Source: Bacteroidales bacterium
GTDB lineage: Bacteria; Bacteroidota; Bacteroidia; Bacteroidales; UBA932
Reading direction: 5' to 3'
Assembly (NCBI GenBank): GCA_017519865.1
Contig: JAFWRQ010000037.1
Location: 17,460 to 81,459, forward strand
DNA length: 64,000 nt
A program made the translations under genes and the position numbers. Below, one piece after another: positions 18,368 to 26,428 of the stretch. The notes under the pieces are model-generated. The model was not told the DNA's origin, made no database searches, and worked only from the letters and a program-made list of their open reading frames with translations. Position 1 is the first letter of the stretch. Every line of letters begins with the position of its first letter.

Positions 18368-20850
18368 GACTGTCGTTTTCAACCCGCGGATGGATGGACC
18401 TCGCATGGGAGGACATCCTCGAGAGCGCCTGCGAGATGCGTTTCACGGGCGTCGAGTTCTATAATGTGCTCAAGTTCCCCGGCTTTACAGGTAAGGGGGG
18501 ACCGTTCCATAAATACTCCGTCGCTGCATCCTACAGGGACCTTCGCGAACGCGGCCTGCTGATCCCCTGCTTCGACTCTTCCAACGACCTGTCGGCGGAG
18601 AATGATTCCATGCTCGAGGAAATGGAGGCGCTTATCCGCCTCGCTGCGGACATGCGTTCGCCCTATGTCTGCGCCTATGCCCATTCCGACGCTCCGGAGG
18701 TCATCCGCCGCAACCTCTCCAGGCTTGTGCCGGTGGCAGAGGAGTGCGGAATAACCATCCTCATAAAGACCAGCGGCATCTATTCCGATACGGCTCTCCT
18801 GCGCGACCTGATGAACGATTTCGCGTGCGACCAGCTCGCCGCCCTCTGGGACGTCCATCATCCGTACAGGGACAAAGGCGAGAGCCCTGCCAGGTCTATC
18901 AACAACTTGGGCGCCTACGTCAAGCACGTTCATCTGCGCGACAGCGACGATGCCGGCAACTACAACGTCATCGGCGAAGGTTCTTTCCCGGTCGACGAAG
19001 TCATGAACGCCCTGGCATCCATAGACTACGATGGTTTCGTGTCGCTCGAGTGGAAACCGGAATGGATGGAGGACCTCACCGACAGGGAGGTCATATTCCC
19101 GCATTTCGTCAACTATATGGAGCGTTTCGAGCGCTCGCGCGACAAGAAGACCAAGCTTTATCCCAACCATGACGGCACCGGCTTCTATATCTGGAAGAAG
19201 GATGAGCTGATCGACCTGACTTTCCCCCAGGTCCTCGACCGCGTGGCCGACGAGTTTCCCGACCAGTACTGTTTCAAGTATACTACCTTGGACTACACCC
19301 GCACCTACGAGGAGTTCCGCAGGGACGTGGACGACTTCGCACGCGCACTTGTCTCGCTCGGAGTGAAGGCGGGCTCCAAGGTCACGATCTGGGCCACCAA
19401 CGTTCCCGCCTGGTACATCACCTTCTGGGCCGCGACAAGGATCGGGGCAGTCCTGGTCACGATGAATACCGCGTATAAGATACACGAGGCGGAATACCTC
19501 CTCCGCCAGTCGGATACTCATACGCTGGTTATGATTGAGAACGCCCTGGACTCCAACTACCGCAAGATCATCAACGAGTTGTGTCCCGAGATTGCCGAGA
19601 GCGAGGCCGGCAGGCCGCTGCACTGCTCCAGGCTGCCTTTCCTCCGCAACGTCATCACAGTCGGTTTCCGCCAGAAAGGCTGCCTGACGTTTGACGAAGC
19701 CATGGCCCGCAAGGATATGGTTCCGCGCGAGACTACCGCTGCCATGGCCGCGGCGGTGCAGCCGGACGACGTCTGCAACATGCAGTACACGTCCGGCACT
19801 ACCGGATTCCCTAAAGGAGTGATGCTGACGCACTTCAACGTCGTGAACAACGGCAAGTGCATAGGCGACAGGATGGGCCTTTCCACTGCCGACCGCATGA
19901 TGATACAGGTGCCGATGTTCCACTGCTTCGGCATGGTGCTTTCCATGACTTCATCGATGACTCACGGGGCCACCATGTGCCCGATGCCGTATTTCTCCGC
20001 CAAGTCTTCGCTCGCCTGCATCAACCAGGAGCGCATCACCTGCTTCAACGGCGTGCCTACGATGTTCATAGCGATGTTCAACCATCCCGACTACCGCAAG
20101 ACCGATTTCTCGCACATGAGGACGGGCATCATGGCCGGTTCGGGATGCCCTCCGGAGCTTATGCGCCGCGCCGCCCGTGAGGACGAGATGCACATGGTCG
20201 GCATCGTGAGCGTCTACGGCCAGACCGAGACAGCCCCCGGCAACACCATGTCGGCCTGGACCGATCCCCTCGACGTCCGCACCGAGACCGTCGGCTATGC
20301 CTTCCCGCACGTGCGGTGCAAGGTCGTCGATCCCGAAACCGGCCTCGAAGTGCCTCCGGGTGTGAACGGCGAGTTCTGCGCCAAGGGTTACAACACGATG
20401 AAGGGCTATTACAAGATGCCCGAGGCCACCGTACAGACCATCGACAAGGACGGCTGGCTGCACTCCGGAGACCTCGCTTGCGCTGACGAGAGGGGCAACT
20501 ACCGCATCACCGGCCGCCTTAAGGACATGATCATCCGCGGCGGAGAGAACCTCTATCCCAAGGAGATAGAGGAGTTCATCTATACGCACCCCAAGGTAAA
20601 GGACGTCCAGGTCATCGGCGTCCCTGACAAGAAATACGGCGAGGAGGCGATGGCCTGCATCGTGCTCAAGGAGGGCGAATCCGTCACCGAGCCCGAGATG
20701 CGGGCTTTCATCACGGCGAGCCTCGCACGGCACAAGGTGCCCAGATACATCGACTTCGTCGAAGGTTTCCCTATGAATGCTGCGGGCAAGATCCTCAAGT
20801 ACAAGATGCGCGAGGAAGCCGTGGCGAAGTATGGCCTTGACAAACAGTAA
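18364..20850 (+). CDS. Fusion: xylose-isomerase-like TIM barrel plus AMP-dependent acyl-CoA synthetase
   Basis: N-terminal about 255 aa with LWDVHH, HVHLRD, SLEW; C-terminal YTSGTTGFPKG, VYGQTE, GWLHSGD, GRLKDMIIRGGEN, AGKILK. Confidence 0.88.
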   Translation: MRLSFSTRGWMDLAWEDILESACEMRFTGVEFYNVLKFPGFTGKGGPFHKYSVAASYRDLRERGLLIPCFDSSNDLSAENDSMLEEMEALIRLAADMRSPYVCAYAHSDAPEVIRRNLSRLVPVAEECGITILIKTSGIYSDTALLRDLMNDFACDQLAALWDVHHPYRDKGESPARSINNLGAYVKHVHLRDSDDAGNYNVIGEGSFPVDEVMNALASIDYDGFVSLEWKPEWMEDLTDREVIFPHFVNYMERFERSRDKKTKLYPNHDGTGFYIWKKDELIDLTFPQVLDRVADEFPDQYCFKYTTLDYTRTYEEFRRDVDDFARALVSLGVKAGSKVTIWATNVPAWYITFWAATRIGAVLVTMNTAYKIHEAEYLLRQSDTHTLVMIENALDSNYRKIINELCPEIAESEAGRPLHCSRLPFLRNVITVGFRQKGCLTFDEAMARKDMVPRETTAAMAAAVQPDDVCNMQYTSGTTGFPKGVMLTHFNVVNNGKCIGDRMGLSTADRMMIQVPMFHCFGMVLSMTSSMTHGATMCPMPYFSAKSSLACINQERITCFNGVPTMFIAMFNHPDYRKTDFSHMRTGIMAGSGCPPELMRRAAREDEMHMVGIVSVYGQTETAPGNTMSAWTDPLDVRTETVGYAFPHVRCKVVDPETGLEVPPGVNGEFCAKGYNTMKGYYKMPEATVQTIDKDGWLHSGDLACADERGNYRITGRLKDMIIRGGENLYPKEIEEFIYTHPKVKDVQVIGVPDKKYGEEAMACIVLKEGESVTEPEMRAFITASLARHKVPRYIDFVEGFPMNAAGKILKYKMREEAVAKYGLDKQ

Positions 20851-20855
20851 GAGAG

Positions 20856-23800
20856 ATGAGCAAGAAAGTGACGATGGACGGCAACGAAGCCGCCGCCAAT
20901 ATTGCGTACGAGTTTACGGAGATAGCTGCGATCTACCCCATCACGCCTTCGTCCCCGATGGCGGAGCATACCGACTTCTGGTCCGCAAAAGGACGCAGGA
21001 ATGTTTTCGGGCAGCCTGTGACGGTGGTGGAGATGCAGTCGGAGGCCGGTGCAATAGCAGCTGTCCATGGCGCGGCGCAGACCGGCACCCTGGCCACGAG
21101 TTTCACATCCAGCCAGGGCCTCATGCTTATGATCCCGGTGCTGCACCGCATCGCCGGCGAACGGCTTCCGGTCGTTCTGCACGTTGCGGCCAGGACGGTC
21201 GGCACGCACGCCATGAGCATATTCGGCGACCATTCCGACGTGATGTGCTGCCGCAATACCGGCTTCGCGATGCTGTGTACAGGCAGCGTCCAGGAGGTAA
21301 CGGATCTGGCCGGCGTGGCGCATCTTGCAGCCTTGAAGGGACGCACTCCTTTCATGCATTTCTTCGACGGTTTCCGCACTTCGCACGAGATCAGCACCGT
21401 GGAGCAGATTGATACGGAAGGCCTGCGCGGCTTGATGGACATGGATGCGCTGGCCGCTTTCCACGCCAGGGCGCTCAGCCCGGAGCATCCGCTGATGCGT
21501 AGCACCGTCCAGAATCCCGACATCTTCTTCCAGGCCAGGGAGGCCTGCAATCCTTATTACGACGCCCTTCCGGGTATTGTTGAGAAGTATTTCGATGCAG
21601 TCAACAGACTGACAGGCAGGGATTACCGTCTGTTCAACTATTATGGCGCCCAGGATGCCACCGATGTCATCGTAGCGATGGGCAGCGTGTCCGGCGCCGT
21701 GCGAGAAGCCGTGGACGAACTGAACCGCTCCGGGGCGAAAACCGGCTTCGTACAGGTACACCTGTACCGTCCTTTCAGTCCGGAGCACCTGCTGCGGGCG
21801 CTTCCGCAGAGCGTGCGCCGCATCGCGGTGCTCGACCGCTGCAAGGAGCCCGGAAGTGCCGGCGAACCGCTTTATGAGGATGTTTGTACTGTCCTTTCCC
21901 GGACGGGAAGGCAGGTGTCAGTCATCGGCGGCCGTTACGGTCTTTCATCCAAGGATACCGATCCCGGGCAGATACTGGCAGTGTTCGCCAACCTCGCATC
22001 CGACTCTCCTAAGAACGGCTTCACTATCGGCATAACCGACGATGTCACAGGGCTTTCCCTTCCGTCGCTGCCTTATTCCGGGGATGCCTCCGGGGTGTTC
22101 AGCTGCAAGTTCTGGGGCCTCGGCGGCGACGGTACCGTCGGCGCCAACAAAAATACGGTACATATCGTCAGCGACCTGTCCGGAATGTACGGCCAGGCAT
22201 ATTTCGAGTATGATGCCAAGAAATCCTTCGGCGTAACGAAGTCACATCTCCGCTTCGGAAAGGCACCCGTGGACAGTTCATATTACGTCAAGAAGGCTGA
22301 CTTCATAGCCTGCCACAACCAGACATACATCGGACAGTACGACATAGTGTCCGAACTCAAGGAAGGCGGCATATTCCTGCTCAACTGCAGCCGTACCGGC
22401 GAGGAACTGGAAGCCTGGCTGCCGGACGGCGTGAAGCGCACCCTCGCCCTGCGGCATGCGCGCTTCTTCGTCATCGACGCCACTTCCGTGGCCCTGCGTC
22501 TCGGCCTCGGCAGCCACACCAACACCGTGCTTCAGGCGGCATTCTTCGCCGCGACGGGCATTGTGGGCACATCAGAGGCGCTCGAAGCCATGAAGGCTGC
22601 CGCACGCAAGACCTATTTCGCCAAGGGAGATGCCGTCGTCGAACGCAATGTCGCCGCCGTCGAGGCAGGCGCCTCCGAAGTCGTGGAGGTACCCGTTCCC
22701 GCGTCCTGGGCGTCGTTGCCGGCGGATCCGGAAGAAGACCTTTCCGGGCTGCCTGATGCTGTACGCAATCTCCTCCTGCCCATCAACCGCCAGAAAGGCG
22801 ATGACCTGCCGGTCAGTTGTTTCACGGACTACGTGGACGGATGCGCCCCTTATGGACTCACTGCATACGAAAAACGCGGCATAGCCGTCAAGGTTCCGCA
22901 CTGGGATTCAGGCAAATGCATCCAGTGCAACCGCTGTTCTTTCGTGTGCCCTCACGCCGTCATACGCCCCTTCTTGCTTGACGATGCCGAGAAAGCCTCG
23001 GCGCCCGAGGGCTTCGTCACCATCCCTGCGAACGGAAAGGCCAAGGGCCTCCATTTCGCTCTGGCCGTGTCGGAACTCGACTGTACGGGCTGCGGAAGCT
23101 GTGCACAGAGCTGCCCTTCGGGCGCTTTGGAAATGGTCCCGGCCGCTCCTTCCGCCTCCAATCGCGAGTGCTTCGAATATGCCCTGAACCTTAAGGACAA
23201 GGGCGATCTCTTCGATCCTTATACCGTCAAGGGGAGCCAGTTCCGCCGTCCGCTCCTGGAGTTCTCGGCGGCGTGTGCCGGATGTGGCGAAACGCCTTAT
23301 GCCAAGCTCCTTACGCAACTCTTCGGAGACCGCGTGTACTGGGCCAACGCCACCGGTTGCTCGCAGGCCTGGGGCGCTGCGATGCCCGGTATCCCTTATA
23401 CTGTCAACGACAGGGGCTTCGGTCCCGCCTGGACCAACAGCCTGTTCGAGAACAACGCCGAGCTCTGCCTGGGTATGTGCCTGTCGGTGAAGCAGCGGCG
23501 CGCCCTGCTGCGCTCTAAGGCCGAGGCCTTCGCAGCAACTGCTTCGGGGCCGCTGCGCGAGGCGCTGGACGCCTTCCTGGCCGCTTTCGACGACCTCCAG
23601 GCGTCGCGCACCGCGGCCGATGCGCTCATCCCTCTCCTTGAGGAGGATGGGTGCGCCGCCGCCCGTGACCTTCTTTCCATGCGCGACCAGTTCTCCCGCA
23701 AGACCTTCTGGATGTACGGCGGCGACGGCTGGGCCTATGACATCGGCTTCGGCGGCCTCGACCACGTCATCGCCAGCGGCGAGAACGTCAATGTCTTCAT

Positions 23801-24341
23801 TGTCGACACCGAGGTGTATTCCAATACCGGCGGCCAGAGCAGCAAGGCCACTCCGCTCGGAGCGGTGGCAAAGTTCGCGTCCTCCGGCAAGAAGAACCGC
23901 AAGAAAGACCTTGGCGCCATCCTGATGACGTACGGCTATGTCTATGTGGCACAGGTGGCCATGGGCGCCGATCCTGCCCAACTGGTCAAGGCCGTCCGCG
24001 AGGCCGAGGAGTATGACGGACCTTCGGTCATCATTGCCTATACGCCTTGTTCATCGCACGGCATCTGCATTGGAATGCACCGCGTGCAGGAGGAGATGAA
24101 ACGTGCGGTGGACAGCGGTTACTGGCTGCTGTACCGCTATGATCCCCGCAAGGAGCATCCTTTCCATCTGGATTCCAAGGCTCCTACGATGCCTTATACC
24201 GAATTCCTCGACGGCGAAGTGAGGTACGCCTCGCTGCGCCGCAGTTTCCCCGAGAATGCCGAGAAACTGTTCGCCAAAGGCACCGAGGATGCTGAGCAGC
24301 GTTACAGAAAATACAGCGGCAAGGAGAGTGAAATCCGCTGA
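20856..24341 (+). CDS. nifJ: Pyruvate/2-oxoacid:ferredoxin (flavodoxin) oxidoreductase, single-chain NifJ type
   Basis: YPITPSS, QSEAGA, FFDGFRTSHE, GLGGDGTVGA, CIQCNRCSFVCP, CTGCGSCAQSCP, ACAGCGE, GGDGWAYDIG, YSNTGGQ. Confidence 0.9.
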   Translation: MSKKVTMDGNEAAANIAYEFTEIAAIYPITPSSPMAEHTDFWSAKGRRNVFGQPVTVVEMQSEAGAIAAVHGAAQTGTLATSFTSSQGLMLMIPVLHRIAGERLPVVLHVAARTVGTHAMSIFGDHSDVMCCRNTGFAMLCTGSVQEVTDLAGVAHLAALKGRTPFMHFFDGFRTSHEISTVEQIDTEGLRGLMDMDALAAFHARALSPEHPLMRSTVQNPDIFFQAREACNPYYDALPGIVEKYFDAVNRLTGRDYRLFNYYGAQDATDVIVAMGSVSGAVREAVDELNRSGAKTGFVQVHLYRPFSPEHLLRALPQSVRRIAVLDRCKEPGSAGEPLYEDVCTVLSRTGRQVSVIGGRYGLSSKDTDPGQILAVFANLASDSPKNGFTIGITDDVTGLSLPSLPYSGDASGVFSCKFWGLGGDGTVGANKNTVHIVSDLSGMYGQAYFEYDAKKSFGVTKSHLRFGKAPVDSSYYVKKADFIACHNQTYIGQYDIVSELKEGGIFLLNCSRTGEELEAWLPDGVKRTLALRHARFFVIDATSVALRLGLGSHTNTVLQAAFFAATGIVGTSEALEAMKAAARKTYFAKGDAVVERNVAAVEAGASEVVEVPVPASWASLPADPEEDLSGLPDAVRNLLLPINRQKGDDLPVSCFTDYVDGCAPYGLTAYEKRGIAVKVPHWDSGKCIQCNRCSFVCPHAVIRPFLLDDAEKASAPEGFVTIPANGKAKGLHFALAVSELDCTGCGSCAQSCPSGALEMVPAAPSASNRECFEYALNLKDKGDLFDPYTVKGSQFRRPLLEFSAACAGCGETPYAKLLTQLFGDRVYWANATGCSQAWGAAMPGIPYTVNDRGFGPAWTNSLFENNAELCLGMCLSVKQRRALLRSKAEAFAATASGPLREALDAFLAAFDDLQASRTAADALIPLLEEDGCAAARDLLSMRDQFSRKTFWMYGGDGWAYDIGFGGLDHVIASGENVNVFIVDTEVYSNTGGQSSKATPLGAVAKFASSGKKNRKKDLGAILMTYGYVYVAQVAMGADPAQLVKAVREAEEYDGPSVIIAYTPCSSHGICIGMHRVQEEMKRAVDSGYWLLYRYDPRKEHPFHLDSKAPTMPYTEFLDGEVRYASLRRSFPENAEKLFAKGTEDAEQRYRKYSGKESEIR

Positions 24342-24385
24342 TTAATTCCTATCTTTGACATTCCAACACTAAAACGCCATCAGTA

Positions 24386-25258
24386 ATGAGAATACCAGAA
24401 TCCGAATTGATCATAAACGGTGACGGCTCCGCCTTCCACATCCATCTCCGCCCTGAGGAGCTGGCCGACAACGTCATACTCTTCGGAGACCCGGGCCGCG
24501 TCGACATGGCGGCCGAGTTCTTGGAAGAGAAGGAGTTCCGTCACGCTTCCCGCGAGTTCGTGTCGGTTACGGGCAGGTACAACGGACAGCGTATCACCCT
24601 CCTCTCCACCGGCATAGGCACTGACAACATCGACATCGTGATGACCGAGCTGGATGCCTTGGCCAACGTCGATTTCTCCACCCGTGAGGTGAAGCCTGAA
24701 CACAGGAGACTCACCGTCCTGCGCATAGGCACCTGCGGCGCCATCCAGCCTGATATCCCCCTGGGATCATTCATCTTCTCGGAGATCTCCGTGGGTTGCG
24801 ACGGCCTGTTGAACTGGTATGCCGACCGCGACAGCATCTCCCTGGTCGATATGGAAGATGCATTCAAGAAGCACGTCAAGTGGGACCGCCACCTTCCCGA
24901 TCCTTATTTCGTCAAGGCCAGCCCCCGGGTCAAGAGACTTTTCGATGATTGCTCCGTGATGGGCGTCACTATTTCCGCTTCGGGATTCTATGGCCCTCAG
25001 GGCCGCGTTCTGAGACTCCCTCTCGCGATGCCTGACATGCTGGAGGACTTCGAATCCTTCCGTTACGGGGATTACCGTATCACGAATTTCGAGATGGAGG
25101 GCTCCGCGCTGGCGGGACTGGCGGCACAGCTCGGACACGACGCCGGTACGATCTGCTGCGCCATCGCGAACAGATACCTCAAAGGCGCAGACACCGACTA
25201 CAAGCCGATGGTGCGCAACCTTATAGAATTGTCGTTGAAGAAGCTTACTCAAGCATGA
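24386..25258 (+). CDS. Nucleoside (uridine) phosphorylase, PNP_UDP_1 family
   Basis: GDPGRV, STGIGTDN, RIGTCG, GFYGPQGR, NFEMEG; TATCTTTG at 24350-24357. Confidence 0.88.
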   Translation: MRIPESELIINGDGSAFHIHLRPEELADNVILFGDPGRVDMAAEFLEEKEFRHASREFVSVTGRYNGQRITLLSTGIGTDNIDIVMTELDALANVDFSTREVKPEHRRLTVLRIGTCGAIQPDIPLGSFIFSEISVGCDGLLNWYADRDSISLVDMEDAFKKHVKWDRHLPDPYFVKASPRVKRLFDDCSVMGVTISASGFYGPQGRVLRLPLAMPDMLEDFESFRYGDYRITNFEMEGSALAGLAAQLGHDAGTICCAIANRYLKGADTDYKPMVRNLIELSLKKLTQA

Positions 25259-26213
25259 CCCCACCCCCGTAAAGGGTTCTGAGGTCATTGACCGGGAATA
25301 CTTCTATTGAAGGATCGTCGACCGTAGCGTCGATGGTCCTTTTCTCTTTCCCGATGATGTTGTGCTCCAGCCAGGCAAGCTGCTCCGGGAAGGTCTTGTA
25401 CATGGCTGCGGCGATCTCGTGGCTGTTGTCCTTGTACCGGTAGATGCAGCAGTTGAAGCCGTTGCCCTTAAGGACACGGGCGATTACATGGGAGCCCTGG
25501 AAAGCCAGGTTGAAAAAATGGATCTGCTTGTAGGTGACGATCCTGTCGGCGGTACCGTGGAACAGCAGCGTGGGAGCCGGTTCGCGCGTATAATGGACCG
25601 TTCCCTTCTTGGAGAAGATGGCTCCGGCGAAGGACATCACACCGGCGTAACGGAAGTCGGGCGGAAGCATCACCGAAGTTCCCGTCCTGTTGCATAACTC
25701 CCACTCGGCCTGCAGGGCGGTTATGGCGCCTGCCGAAGAACCGGCGATTACGAGCGATGACGGGTCGATGTCGACCTCTTCGGCATTCTCCAGGATGTAT
25801 TTTGTGGCGCTGAAAAGGTCTTCTACGGCTATCTGTATGGCTTCATAGATGTCATTGATGCCGCCCATCCCTTCCTTGCCCTTGAGGCCGAGGCGATAGT
25901 CGATGGCTGCAACGGTGAAGCCCTCGTCAGTGAGGAGACGGAACCATTGACGTGCGGTGGGGGTGTCGCGCCGGCCGGCCTTGAATCCGCCGCCGAAGAC
26001 ATAGAGTATGGTGGGCTTGTTCACACCGTTCACCGTCATTTCACTTCCGTCCGCGGGATAGTATACATCCATATACAACTTTGTGCTGTCCTTCTCCGCA
26101 AACATGAAGGTTTCGTCCGGTTTCAGTAGGTCCTGGGCCCGGCAGATGCCGCTTTCCGTAACGAAAAGGGCGAAGATGACGGCCGCAGCCGCCGCGATTC
26201 TACGAATTGTCAT
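25245..26213 (-). CDS. Secreted alpha/beta hydrolase (carboxylesterase-like)
   Basis: Signal peptide, VFGGGF oxyanion motif, IDYRL, GSSAG nucleophile, HGTAD, SHEI. Confidence 0.85.
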   Translation of the reverse strand: MTIRRIAAAAAVIFALFVTESGICRAQDLLKPDETFMFAEKDSTKLYMDVYYPADGSEMTVNGVNKPTILYVFGGGFKAGRRDTPTARQWFRLLTDEGFTVAAIDYRLGLKGKEGMGGINDIYEAIQIAVEDLFSATKYILENAEEVDIDPSSLVIAGSSAGAITALQAEWELCNRTGTSVMLPPDFRYAGVMSFAGAIFSKKGTVHYTREPAPTLLFHGTADRIVTYKQIHFFNLAFQGSHVIARVLKGNGFNCCIYRYKDNSHEIAAAMYKTFPEQLAWLEHNIIGKEKRTIDATVDDPSIEVFPVNDLRTLYGGGVMLE

Positions 26214-26302
26214 ATCAAATATCTAACTTTTTATCATATGTGTCGTCCTTTGGCACAAGCTTGCCATATCTTTGTACCAGCGAAACACAAAAAGCCGGTA
26301 TC

Positions 26303-26428
26303 ATGAAGAACACAGAATACGATTACAACGTCCTCGGTTCCATCATCACTTCGGAAGATTCCCTCTCTGCCCTCCTCGGCATGATCGAGGATATGGACCT
26401 TGAGATCACTGGTGTGAAGCAGTCCTAG
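26303..26428 (+). CDS. Small acidic hypothetical protein (41 aa)
   Basis: MKNTEYDYNVLGSIITSEDSLSALLGMIEDMDLEITGVKQS; own TATCTTTG at 26267-26274 and an A-rich leader; host-like C-ending codons. Confidence 0.55.
   Translation: MKNTEYDYNVLGSIITSEDSLSALLGMIEDMDLEITGVKQS

Noticed and set aside
26251-26265. TGGCACAAGCTTGC as a sigma54 promoter
   Set aside because: GG-to-GC spacing is 9 nt rather than the required 10, and a good TATCTTTG element lies next to it.
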